A DNA stretch of 64,000 nucleotides from Candidatus Binatia bacterium (GTDB lineage Bacteria; Desulfobacterota; Binatia; UBA9968; JAJDTQ01), in NCBI GenBank assembly GCA_963666515.2, contig OY762897.2:2048001-2112000 (forward strand), written 5' to 3'. A program made the position numbers and the translations under genes. Shown here piece after piece: positions 9,301 through 17,998 of the stretch. Numbering within the stretch: position 1 is the stretch's first letter; every line of letters begins with the position of its first letter. The notes beneath the pieces were generated by a model, which saw only the letters and a program-made list of their open reading frames with translations, was not told where the DNA came from and did not search any database.

Positions 9301-10008
9301 CTATCTGCGCCGTTCCTGGGACAGGTTGAAGCTCACGATGATCCGGTCGGCGTCCTTCCCCTTGGCCCTGGATCGATTCGGATCCACGCTATGGTACAGC
9401 CAAGCGGGGAAGATCAGCATTCTTCCGGCCACGGGCTTGTACTGGACCTTGGTCCAGCAGCTTCGCGGGCGCTTGGCGTCGGGGATGTACTCGGCAGGAG
9501 TCATCAGGTTCTGGGTGCGCGGATCGATGAACTCGATCCGGCCCGCATTCCGGGGCGCCTGGACGTAGTAGACGCCGCTCCAGAGGCAGCCGGGATGGAT
9601 GTGGGCCCGGTTCGAGCTGCCCGGTGGATTGATGATCGACCACATGGTGCCGATTGTCAGTCGATAGGACGTGTGATATCCGAGCTCGCGGCACATCATG
9701 GCCGCGGCGGCGTCAACGTGTTGAACCAATCCCGCGAACGTGACGTCCTTGTGCAGCTTGACGTGGCTGTGCCAACTCCCCAGCTCCGGGAAGTTCGACT
9801 TGCGCACCCCTGTTCTGTCGCGTTCCCGTTCGGCGTAGATGGCCTCGAGCAGGTGGGCGTTCAGAATCTCGCTGTCCGGAACGTCCAGAGAGAAAACGAG
9901 CGTCGGAAAATGGTGTGCCACCTTGATCTCGTCTTCGGGCAGACGAGCCACCAAGCCGCGGTCCGGGGCTACACGGTCGGGAGTGTCGCGCGTCACTTCT
10001 TTCCCCAT
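9301..10008 (-). CDS. 2OG-Fe(II) oxygenase, TIGR02466-like
   Basis: FPTLVF, WSIINPPGSSNRAHIHP, WSGVYYV, FIDPR, LIFPAWLYHSV, RIIVSFN. Confidence 0.85.
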   Translation of the reverse strand: MGKEVTRDTPDRVAPDRGLVARLPEDEIKVAHHFPTLVFSLDVPDSEILNAHLLEAIYAERERDRTGVRKSNFPELGSWHSHVKLHKDVTFAGLVQHVDAAAAMMCRELGYHTSYRLTIGTMWSIINPPGSSNRAHIHPGCLWSGVYYVQAPRNAGRIEFIDPRTQNLMTPAEYIPDAKRPRSCWTKVQYKPVAGRMLIFPAWLYHSVDPNRSRAKGKDADRIIVSFNLSQERRR

Positions 10009-10064
10009 CGTCTTGTTGCGGGTTCGTGAAAGACTTGTCCCAAGGCCAGTGTCGTCGAAGGCCT

Positions 10065-11108
10065 TCAGGGTCCACTATGTGCGCCGAACGCACCGATCAG
10101 GCCCCGGTCATCGTTTACAGACCCGAAGGTCCCGGCGACCGACCCGGGTTTGCCATCAGATTCGGCATTCCCGTAGAATCGACCGCCCCACCGACCGGAA
10201 AGCGGCGTGCCGTCATGAAAGTTCCCGGTCGTAGTTCCCTCGAAAAACCCGCTGTTCGCCTCGCCGATGGCAGCCCTCTCCAGAGTCACCATCGTGCCGG
10301 GCCGAGGCTGTCGAGTGCTGCCGACATCGGTTTGAAACCTGAAGTTGTCAATGGACCCACTGATCGTGCCCATAGACGTGCCGTCACCGAAATCGGCCTC
10401 CAGCGTGACCCGCGCTTCAAAGGAAAAACCGCCCAAGGGCTGCTTGACGGGTTCGAAGTACATGCCGCTCGCGTTTCCTTGATAACGCGCATTGCCCATC
10501 AGGGGTAGCAGGTCTCCCTGCATGAAAGGGTCGGGTCCGGACGAGAAGGCTCCGTGCACGATTTCTTTATGGACAGAGACATTCTCCGGGACGCCCACCC
10601 AGGTTCCCCAAACGAGATAGTCCGCGTCCGTCGTGCCTTCGATGTCCGTGTACATCACAAGCGAAATGCCGTCGTCTGTCGTCGCCGCGACATCGCCCGT
10701 GCGACCGCTTGTCCCCTTGGTGGCGAGCACTCCTATGACGGTTGAGCCGGTTGCCGGCAGTTGTCCTGTCCGATTGGCTAACGTCTTTGTCTCTGGATCA
10801 TCGATATCCAGAAACCAGTCATCGCCGTTTGCGACCCGGTAGTCGACGTATCCACCTTGCCTGAAGTTCACTTGAACCGAGATGCCGTCGGTCGTCACTC
10901 CATCTGTACCGTTCGATGACTGGACGACACTTCCGCCGGCATGCGGCTGGTTTCGTGCAGCCGCTGGAATTCCGCCGGGAAAGCTGCGGATCGGCGGCGA
11001 CGGTCCACCCATCACGTTGCGGACGTTCGCACCGCCGCCGCATCCCGACGACGCGACCACGAACAGCACGGCTGCCGCGAGCGTCCATGCTTTCAGTTTG
11101 TCAGGCAT
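10065..11108 (-). CDS. Lipoprotein with transferrin-binding-protein-B-like C-terminal beta-barrel
   Basis: Start MPDKLK (ATG 11108, GGAGAGG RBS); lipobox ASSG|C followed by GGG; DYLVWGTW, GNARYQGNASGMY, VTLEADFGD, GRWGGRFYG, PGSVAGTFG, GAFGA. Confidence 0.75.
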   Translation of the reverse strand: MPDKLKAWTLAAAVLFVVASSGCGGGANVRNVMGGPSPPIRSFPGGIPAAARNQPHAGGSVVQSSNGTDGVTTDGISVQVNFRQGGYVDYRVANGDDWFLDIDDPETKTLANRTGQLPATGSTVIGVLATKGTSGRTGDVAATTDDGISLVMYTDIEGTTDADYLVWGTWVGVPENVSVHKEIVHGAFSSGPDPFMQGDLLPLMGNARYQGNASGMYFEPVKQPLGGFSFEARVTLEADFGDGTSMGTISGSIDNFRFQTDVGSTRQPRPGTMVTLERAAIGEANSGFFEGTTTGNFHDGTPLSGRWGGRFYGNAESDGKPGSVAGTFGSVNDDRGLIGAFGAHSGP

Positions 11109-11142
11109 TGTTTGTCCTCTCCAATGGTCCCGTCTGTTGCCA

Positions 11143-12195
11143 CTAGAAGCCAAGGCTCATGCCGGCACCGCTCTGCTCGCCGCTTCCGTCGTCTCCGTCG
11201 TTCTCGTCTCCCTCGTCACCCTCGTCACCCTCGTCGTTCTCGTCCCCTTCATTGTTCTCGTCGCCCTCGTCCCCCTCATTGTTCTCGTCCCCCTCATCCC
11301 CTTCATTGTTCTCGTCCCCCTCGTCCCCCTCATTGTTCTCGTCTCCCTCGTCACCCTCGTCGTTCTCGTCACCCTCATCCCCCTCATCCCCCTCGTCGTT
11401 CTCGTCACCCTCATCCCCCTCGTCGCCGTCATCGCCCGGGAGGAGAAAGCCGGCGATGCCTTCGTCGCCCTCGTCGCCCTCATCTCCCTCGTCACCCTCA
11501 TCCCCCTCGTCGTTCTCGTCACCCTCGTCGTTCTCGTCGCCCTCATCACCCTCGTCACCCTCATCGCCGTCGTTCTCGTCCCCTTCATCGCCCTCGTCAC
11601 CCTCATCACCCTCGTCCCCCTCGTCCCCCTCATCGTTCTCGTCACCCTCGTCACCCTCATCACCGTCGTTCTCGTCCCCTTCATCGCCCTCGTCGCCCTC
11701 ATCACCCTCGTCGTTCTCGTCACCCTCGTCACCCTCGTTGTTCTCGTCCCCCTCATCGCCCTCGTCGTTCTCGTCTCCCTCGTCACCCTCATCGCCGTCG
11801 TTCTCGTCCCCTTCATTGCCTTCGTCCCCCTCATCCCCCTCGTCGTTCTCGTCTCCCTCGTCACCCTCGTTGTTCTCGTCCCCCTCATCCCCCTCATCGT
11901 TCTCGTCACCCTCGTCCCCCTCGTCGTTCTCGTTTCCCTCATCGCTCTCGTCGTTCTCATCCCCCTCATCGCCATCGTCATCATCATCATCGTCGTCGTC
12001 GTCGTCATCGTCGTCCTCCTCCAGAACACCACCCGTGCTGGCGCGCGCCTCCGGGACGATATTGTACGGCAACTTTTCGTCCAGGGTACCGGTCATCACC
12101 AAGGACAGAGAGATCACAGTGCTGATCAGGACTGACGCCACCACCCGGCGCAAGATGGTCGATTCGTCCTCGAGCGGTCTGTTCTTCAAAGTCAT
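11143..12195 (-). CDS. Extremely acidic low-complexity (G/N)DE-repeat protein with N-terminal signal/TM segment
   Basis: GGGAGGA RBS upstream of ATG 12195; RR-hydrophobic N-terminus; ~14 Asp run, then ~270 aa of GDE/NDE/NNE triplets; third-position codon variation preserves the amino-acid pattern in this frame. Confidence 0.7.
   Translation of the reverse strand: MTLKNRPLEDESTILRRVVASVLISTVISLSLVMTGTLDEKLPYNIVPEARASTGGVLEEDDDDDDDDDDDDDDGDEGDENDESDEGNENDEGDEGDENDEGDEGDENNEGDEGDENDEGDEGDEGNEGDENDGDEGDEGDENDEGDEGDENNEGDEGDENDEGDEGDEGDEGDENDGDEGDEGDENDEGDEGDEGDEGDEGDEGDENDGDEGDEGDEGDENDEGDENDEGDEGDEGDEGDEGDEGIAGFLLPGDDGDEGDEGDENDEGDEGDEGDENDEGDEGDENNEGDEGDENNEGDEGDENNEGDEGDENNEGDENDEGDEGDEGDENDGDDGSGEQSGAGMSLGF
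11187..12021. repeat. Degenerate 9-nt tandem repeat (minus strand GAC GAG GGN / GAC GAG AAC)
   Basis: Directly visible CTCGTCACC/CTCGTCGTT/CTCATCCCC units; one unique interruption at ~11434-11460. Confidence 0.95.
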
Positions 12196-12437
12196 GGTCG
12201 TTCCTCCCGCAAGGGTTTCGTCTTTCGGGGGGAAGCTACACCAACCCGTTGGGGCGCCGCATCGCCGGTTTGTGATAAGAATCGCCGCTCATGGCCTCCT
12301 TGAACGTGTGATATATGCGGGGCCAGGAATGTTATATGCGCCGTGATCGCCCCTTTGAGGGGGACTCCGGTAGTGGTAGGGTGATCAGGACGGGCCCCTA
12401 TGGCTCGACCGTCTTCGGGAACGAAAGGAGACCGCTC

Positions 12438-13016
12438 TTGAACGACCTGTTCAAAGGAGTGCCCAAGCGGCGGATGCTGGCGTTGGCGATCCTGGCGTTG
12501 GCATTACTGTTCTTCGCCTACGACCTTGTCGTGGATGCGTTCTTCGCGGGCGAGTTCGGGTCACCCCATTTTGTCATCGAAGCCTTTGTTTTTGCTGCGG
12601 TTTCGTGGACCCTCGTCGTCAACCTGAGGGACCTGGTCGGCCTGCGCGCACGTCTGGAGCACGCACAGAATCGAAACAGGGTGCTCGCCGGGGAGCTCGC
12701 CACCGGCATCGAGGAGCAAATGGACGCCTGGCGGCTCACCCGTAGCGAGAAGGAAGTCGCGTGGCTGATCATCAAGGGTTTCCGCTTCGCGGAAATCGCG
12801 GATTTGCGCGGGGTCAAGGAAAACACGACGCGATTGCAGGCGAGCGCCCTCTATGCGAAAGCCGGGGTAAGCGGTCGGGCGGAATTCGTCGCGGAGATCG
12901 TCCATCAGTTGCTCATGCCCATTACCGAGGATGAACTGCGCGAGGGGACGGCGGGAATCCGCGCCTCTGCGACGGAAAGCGGGGGATTGCGCCGGACCGC
13001 TAGCGCTGCGCCGTGA
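12438..13016 (+). CDS. Membrane-anchored LuxR-type HTH transcriptional regulator
   Basis: TTG start after AAGGAG RBS; two TM segments, coiled coil, then WRLTRSEKEVAWLIIKGFRFAEIADLRGVKENTTRLQASALYAKAGVSGR. Confidence 0.85.
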   Translation: MNDLFKGVPKRRMLALAILALALLFFAYDLVVDAFFAGEFGSPHFVIEAFVFAAVSWTLVVNLRDLVGLRARLEHAQNRNRVLAGELATGIEEQMDAWRLTRSEKEVAWLIIKGFRFAEIADLRGVKENTTRLQASALYAKAGVSGRAEFVAEIVHQLLMPITEDELREGTAGIRASATESGGLRRTASAAP

Positions 13017-13671
13017 CCTCGATCTCGATGAGCTTGCCCAAGGCGGAGTAGCCTTCCACAAAAGAACACTCGGTGCTTTCCGCGGGCACCTTCGCAGCCT
13101 CGTGAAACGCCTGCCGTAGCGCCGTCGTATCTTCTTCCTGGTGGAGGAAGAACGACACCCGCACCACCTGTTCCCATGACGTCCCGGCGTGCTCCAGGGA
13201 ACCCCCGATCAGACCGCATATCTCGCTCACCTGCTGGGAAAGATTGCCGGTGGTGGACGTGACGCCGGAGAGAAAGACCCGTCCCTCCAGGTCGAGATAA
13301 CGCAACGGGACGATGGGCGGATCGTATTCCACGAGCTTCTTCTGACCGTCCGAGCGCATGGCAAGGAAATCCAGCGCCACGCTGGCGCCGGAGTCGAGGT
13401 GCCCGGGCGCGATGTAGCTGGAGCTGGACGAGCGGGCGCTCCCGCTCATGCGCCGGGAGCGGGCCTGGCTGCCCAGGTTGCGGCTCTCCCGGTCCCGCGC
13501 CCAGAGGCGCGTACGCACCGTGTCGTCGAGGGAGAGGCCCAGCCTGCCGATGGCCGCCTCGATGCGGTCGAGGATCCCGTCCACGCCCGCGTCGCCGGCA
13601 ACGCCCGCGGCGCCCTCGCAAGAGACCGCGACGCATTCGCGGCCAAGCCAGTCGAAGGATTTCATGCGCAT
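13000..13671 (-). CDS. RidA/YjgF-family protein (two-domain)
   Basis: GLSLDDTVRTRLWARDR, VFLSGVT, GTSWEQVVRVSFFL, C-terminal KLIEIEVTA. Confidence 0.75.
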   Translation of the reverse strand: MRMKSFDWLGRECVAVSCEGAAGVAGDAGVDGILDRIEAAIGRLGLSLDDTVRTRLWARDRESRNLGSQARSRRMSGSARSSSSSYIAPGHLDSGASVALDFLAMRSDGQKKLVEYDPPIVPLRYLDLEGRVFLSGVTSTTGNLSQQVSEICGLIGGSLEHAGTSWEQVVRVSFFLHQEEDTTALRQAFHEAAKVPAESTECSFVEGYSALGKLIEIEVTAQR

Positions 13672-14576
13672 GACGCGCCTCCCTTGGCATCCGCATCGAC
13701 GGGACAGGACGTGGCCGTCTCATCACAACACGCCGGAGCGTCGAAGAACGCCAGCGTCCGTATCTCGATGCTCTCCCGGCCCGGGGCGTCGGGAGGGCTC
13801 GTGGGATCGTCGAAGGAGGTGTGGGCGGTCCACCTCGCCCGTCCGTCCCTGGCGGAGTCGAAGGTCTTGAACACCACGGCCTCGTCCCGGGTCATGGCCG
13901 GGAAGTAGAACCAGCGGTGCTCCGGCCCGTACTTGATCTGGTAGGTCTCGCCGATCCGGCCCGGGTAGCTGCGCTGGGACGCGATCAACTCCTCTTTCCG
14001 CAGCGTGCGGGCATCGGCGATGGCCAGCGGGTTGGTGCGCACCGGGTCGTTGGTGGGCTGCCACACCTGGATGATGGCGAACCGCCCCTGGAGCAGCCGC
14101 TCGGCCTCGTCCGCCGGCAGGATGTCGCGCACCCGCTTGGGCCCGGACCAGTCGGTGTAGTCGTTGTGCACGGAGCGGTTGGGCTCCCGCACCTTGCGCT
14201 CGGCCCGAATGCCTTCGTCCTGAGCGCGTAGCGTGTGGTCGAAGATGACCACGCGGGAAGCGCCGCTCTCCTGCTTCACCAGCGCCTCGACCTCCGGGTA
14301 GTAGACCGAACGCAACTCGTCCTCGTCGTAGAAGTCCTTGACCCGGGTGTCGTGCCGGACGAACACGAACCCCTCGCGCTCCAGCGAGAACTCGTCCGCC
14401 GTGAGCCGCCCGTTGTGGATGGTGGCGCGGCGCGCCTCGTGCTTGCCGGTGCGCAGCACCGGCGTGCTGTTGATCTCGGCCGTGTGCGTGACCGGCTTGA
14501 CGCCCGTGTCCAACGCATAGTTGAGCACGGCTTCCACTGCATCGGGCGCGGCTTCGACCGCCTGGACTCCAGTCAT
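13662..14576 (-). CDS. CmcJ/NvfI (AsaB-like) family oxidoreductase
   Basis: Start MTGVQAV (GGGAGG RBS); FSLEREGFVF, YYPEVEALVK, VVIFDHTLR, VHNDYT, PLAIADART, HRWFYFP, AHTSFDDP, RESIEIRT. Confidence 0.85.
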   Translation of the reverse strand: MTGVQAVEAAPDAVEAVLNYALDTGVKPVTHTAEINSTPVLRTGKHEARRATIHNGRLTADEFSLEREGFVFVRHDTRVKDFYDEDELRSVYYPEVEALVKQESGASRVVIFDHTLRAQDEGIRAERKVREPNRSVHNDYTDWSGPKRVRDILPADEAERLLQGRFAIIQVWQPTNDPVRTNPLAIADARTLRKEELIASQRSYPGRIGETYQIKYGPEHRWFYFPAMTRDEAVVFKTFDSARDGRARWTAHTSFDDPTSPPDAPGRESIEIRTLAFFDAPACCDETATSCPVDADAKGGASCA

Positions 14577-14746
14577 CGTGTACCTCCCGCGAACTGCCTG
14601 TATCTGTTTAGTCTCTTCAGCACGGATGGTATCAGCCCAAGGACCGTTCAACAATATCGACCGGCGGGTCGAATGCCCGCGGCTGCTCCGTGTCATTGAC
14701 ATGGACGCGGCCCATTGGATAATTTTCAGCCAGGAAGGAGCTGACA

Positions 14747-15901
14747 ATGGGACGTGAGTACAACGTCATTTCAGCCGACGGCCACATCGACCTGAACCCC
14801 GACATATGGCGCCACCGGGTGGCCTCGTCCATGCGCGAGCGCGCGCCCAAACGGGTCAAGATGCCCAACGGCTCGGATGCGGTGGTGGTGGACAACGGCG
14901 AGCCCAACACCATCGGCGTCACCCGCAGCGTCCGCGTCAACAAGGAGGACATGGCCAAGCAGGTGCCCACCTTCGAGACCTGCGCCGGCACCGGGCCGCC
15001 AGAGCAGCGCCTCGAAGAGCAGGACAAGGACGGCATCGACGCGGAGGTGGTGTTCTCGCAGATATCCTTCGTGCTGGAGCAGGCCAGGGACCGCGAGCTA
15101 TACTGCGAGCTGGTACGGGCCTACAACGAGTTCCTGGCCGAGGAGTACATGGCGCCGGCGCCGGACCGCATCATCCCCATGGGCGTCATCCCCGTCAGCG
15201 GCCTCGACGACGCGGTGCGGGAGATGGAGCATTGCGCCCGGCTGGGCCTCAAGGGGATCAAGCTCGACAGGTTTCCCAGCGGCCGGGGCTACCCCACGGC
15301 CGAGGACGACCGCTTCTGGGCCGCGGCGCTGGAGCTGGGCGTCGCCCTCACCAACCACAACACCGGCAACATGGGCTCCGGCAAGGACGAGCCCGCGTTC
15401 ACCTACCAGCGCAGGCCCGGCCCCGACGTGCACGTGAAGGAGCCCATGAACTACTTCTTCCGTTTCACCAACCCCGCCATGGTGGGCGCGGTGCAGATGG
15501 CCTTTGCCGGGGTGTGGGACCGTTTCCCCACGCTCAAGATGTACTGGGCCGAGACCATGATCGGCTGGTTCGAGTACGGCCTGTGGCAGCTCGACGACCA
15601 CTACCAGCGCTACATGCCCATGATCCACGAGTTCTGGGGCCTTCACTACCTGGACAGGAAGCCCAGCGAGTACCTGCGGGAAAACAACTACTGGGGCTTC
15701 CTGCACGACCCCATCGGCATCAAGCGGCGCGAGTGCATCGGCTACGACAAGCTCATGTGGGGCACGGACTTCGCCCACGCCGCCAGCGAGTACCCCAACT
15801 CCATCCCGGTGATGGAGGATGACTTCAAGGACGTGCCGGCCCACGAGCGGCGGGCGATGCTGGTGGACAACTGCGTGAAGTATTTCGGATTGGACGCATG
15901 A
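14747..15901 (+). CDS. Amidohydrolase_2 family metal-dependent hydrolase/decarboxylase
   Basis: ISADGHID, QDKDGIDAEV, RAYNEFLAEEY, DRFWAAA, DRFPTLK, MWGTDFAH. Confidence 0.85.
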   Translation: MGREYNVISADGHIDLNPDIWRHRVASSMRERAPKRVKMPNGSDAVVVDNGEPNTIGVTRSVRVNKEDMAKQVPTFETCAGTGPPEQRLEEQDKDGIDAEVVFSQISFVLEQARDRELYCELVRAYNEFLAEEYMAPAPDRIIPMGVIPVSGLDDAVREMEHCARLGLKGIKLDRFPSGRGYPTAEDDRFWAAALELGVALTNHNTGNMGSGKDEPAFTYQRRPGPDVHVKEPMNYFFRFTNPAMVGAVQMAFAGVWDRFPTLKMYWAETMIGWFEYGLWQLDDHYQRYMPMIHEFWGLHYLDRKPSEYLRENNYWGFLHDPIGIKRRECIGYDKLMWGTDFAHAASEYPNSIPVMEDDFKDVPAHERRAMLVDNCVKYFGLDA

Positions 15902-16932
15902 ACGACGTCGGCACCACCCACGAGGACCTGGAAAAGTACCTTGCTGCCCACCACATGGTGGGAGCGGGGCTGCGGCGCGAAGGCATGGCGCCGCCGCGCA
16001 CGGGCGTCACCGGCGCCCACTGGCGTTGGGAGGGGATCTACAAGGGGCTCATGCGCTCCGGCGAGATCGTCACCGTGGGGCCCGACGGCATGACCGGCAT
16101 GCGCTCGGTCACCGGCATCGAGGCCACCCGCTTCCCCATCTGGATGAACGTGCAGATTCTCATGCCCGGCGAGCGCACCCAGGGGCACCGCAACACGCGG
16201 AGCGAGACGCGGCTGGTGTGCGAGGCGCCCAAGGAGGCCGCGTTCGTGTGCGAGCACGAGGCGTTCCCCATGGAGCGGGGGGACGTCATCATCAGCCCGT
16301 CGTGGACCTACCACGACCACTGGAACCAGGGCTCCACCCCGGCGCTCTACGTGGACGGCTACGACAACGGCTACAACGGCGGGGTGAACCTGAACGAGCG
16401 GCTGCCGGTGGACAACCCATACCAGGAAATACGGAAGCCCGATGGCTACGGCGTGCGCACCCGCGGCCTCGCGCGCCCCATGGCAGCGGGGCGGCCCTTT
16501 CCGCTGCCGCCCATGCGCTATCCCTGGGCCGAGACCCGCGCCGCCCTGAGCGCCATGCAGGAGGCGGGCGAGGAAGACCCCTGCGAGGGCGTGCACCTGA
16601 TGCTGGCGAGCCCGGTGGACGGCGGCCCCACGCTGCCCACCATCGCCTGGCACGCGCAGCTCCTGCGCGCCGGGCAGACCACCCTCAGCCACCGGCACAA
16701 CAGCAACACCTTCTACCACGCGTTCGAGGGCGCCGGCGCCGTGGTCATCGAGGGCGAGCGGCTGGAGTGGCGCCAAGGGGACATCTTCGCGGTGCCGGCG
16801 TGGACGTGGCACCATCACGAGAACGGCCACGAGGGAGAGTCGATCCTGTTCTCCATCGACGACTGGCCGGCGCAGACCAAGCTCGGTTTCTACACGAAGG
16901 AGACCGCGGCCGCGGACCGCCAGGACGGCTAG
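15898..16932 (+). CDS. Gentisate 1,2-dioxygenase-like bicupin (atypical first metal motif HRN)
   Basis: HWRWE, QILMPGERTQGHRN, SPSWTYHDH, RYPW, SPVDGGPTLPT, HRHNS, VPAWTWHHH. Confidence 0.8.
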   Translation: MNDVGTTHEDLEKYLAAHHMVGAGLRREGMAPPRTGVTGAHWRWEGIYKGLMRSGEIVTVGPDGMTGMRSVTGIEATRFPIWMNVQILMPGERTQGHRNTRSETRLVCEAPKEAAFVCEHEAFPMERGDVIISPSWTYHDHWNQGSTPALYVDGYDNGYNGGVNLNERLPVDNPYQEIRKPDGYGVRTRGLARPMAAGRPFPLPPMRYPWAETRAALSAMQEAGEEDPCEGVHLMLASPVDGGPTLPTIAWHAQLLRAGQTTLSHRHNSNTFYHAFEGAGAVVIEGERLEWRQGDIFAVPAWTWHHHENGHEGESILFSIDDWPAQTKLGFYTKETAAADRQDG

Positions 16933-17028
16933 CGGCCCGTACACGTTTCGGGCAAGGCGCGAAGACCCATGCGGGCAGGCTTGAAGACGATGGGGGCGCG
17001 GCGCGAGACCAGATAGGGAGACGGATCC

Positions 17029-17982
17029 ATGGCGAACCCCAAGCTCCGACTCGGTTTCAGGGAACCCGAGGTGGACACCAACCGGCCCCTGCTCGACGGC
17101 ACCGTCCAGGTGGAAGGCTTCGATCTCGAAACGAGCGACTTCCACGGCCCCGATACCATCGACGCCTGGGACGCCAGCTTCGGCGGCCTCATGCGCACCA
17201 AGGGCAAGGGCGACCACCCTTACGTCTCGATCCCGGCCTACCCCAACCGCAAGTTCCGGCTCGCCTACATCTTCGTGAACAACGCCTCGGGCATCGAGAC
17301 TCCCAAGGACCTGGAGGGGAAGCGCGTGTTCGTGAGCAGCACCGCGGGGGTGTGGGCGCGGGGAGCGCTGCAGAACCACTACGGCGTGGACCTGACGCGC
17401 GTCCGCTGGTGCATGCCCCACCCCGAGGCCGAGAGCTGGGGCGAGGGCATCCAGGTGGAGCCCTTGCCGCACATCTCCGGGCCGGAGGGCGAGCCGCTGG
17501 ACGAACTGCTGCTTTCGAACGAAGTGGACGCGGTCATCGAGCCCAACGTGCTGCCGTCCATCAGCCGCCGGGACCCGCGGGTGCGGCGCCTGTTCCGCGA
17601 TTACAAGAACGAGGAGTTGAACTACTACAAGGCCACCGGCATCTTTCCCATCAGCCACATGGTGACCCTCAAGCAGGACTTCGTGGACCGGTACCCGCAC
17701 GCGCCGGTGGCACTCCTGAAGGCGTACCGGCGGGCGCGCGACGTGGCCATGGACCGGCTCTACGGCGCCGATCCCGAAATCCTCATCACTTCGTGGGTGG
17801 CCGCGGCCATCGACGAGCAGCGGGAGGTCATGGGCGAGAACTACTGGTCCTACAACATCGCGGACAACGTCACCTCGCTGGAAGCCATGATGACGTTCGC
17901 GCACCAGTTCGGCCTGACCAAAGAGAAGCTCGACTACGAGAGCTTCTTTCACCCGGAGGCAGCGGCGCTGGAAGGCGTGTAG
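17029..17982 (+). CDS. 4,5-dihydroxyphthalate decarboxylase-like protein
   Basis: PLLDGTV, IPAYPNRKFRL, GIETPKDLEGKRV, TAGVWARG, YYKATGIFPISH. Confidence 0.75.
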   Translation: MANPKLRLGFREPEVDTNRPLLDGTVQVEGFDLETSDFHGPDTIDAWDASFGGLMRTKGKGDHPYVSIPAYPNRKFRLAYIFVNNASGIETPKDLEGKRVFVSSTAGVWARGALQNHYGVDLTRVRWCMPHPEAESWGEGIQVEPLPHISGPEGEPLDELLLSNEVDAVIEPNVLPSISRRDPRVRRLFRDYKNEELNYYKATGIFPISHMVTLKQDFVDRYPHAPVALLKAYRRARDVAMDRLYGADPEILITSWVAAAIDEQREVMGENYWSYNIADNVTSLEAMMTFAHQFGLTKEKLDYESFFHPEAAALEGV

Positions 17983-17998
17983 CCCAAAGGAGACGAAC

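Noticed and set aside
11187-12021. Possible CRISPR array
   Set aside because: Contiguous degenerate 9-mers with no unique spacers and no cas genes.
7473-12195. RiPP-type biosynthetic cluster (diiron oxidase acting on the repeat protein as precursor)
   Set aside because: No leader/core architecture, protease or exporter; the diiron gene belongs to a separate operon with its own putative promoter at ~9200.
10882-12346. Alternative ORFs over the 9-nt repeat (VLVTLVPLI-, RHPRRS-, SSP- and MRVTR-rich)
   Set aside because: Produced by the stop-free repeat; only the acidic frame has an RBS, a signal-like N-terminus and amino-acid-conserving third-position variation.
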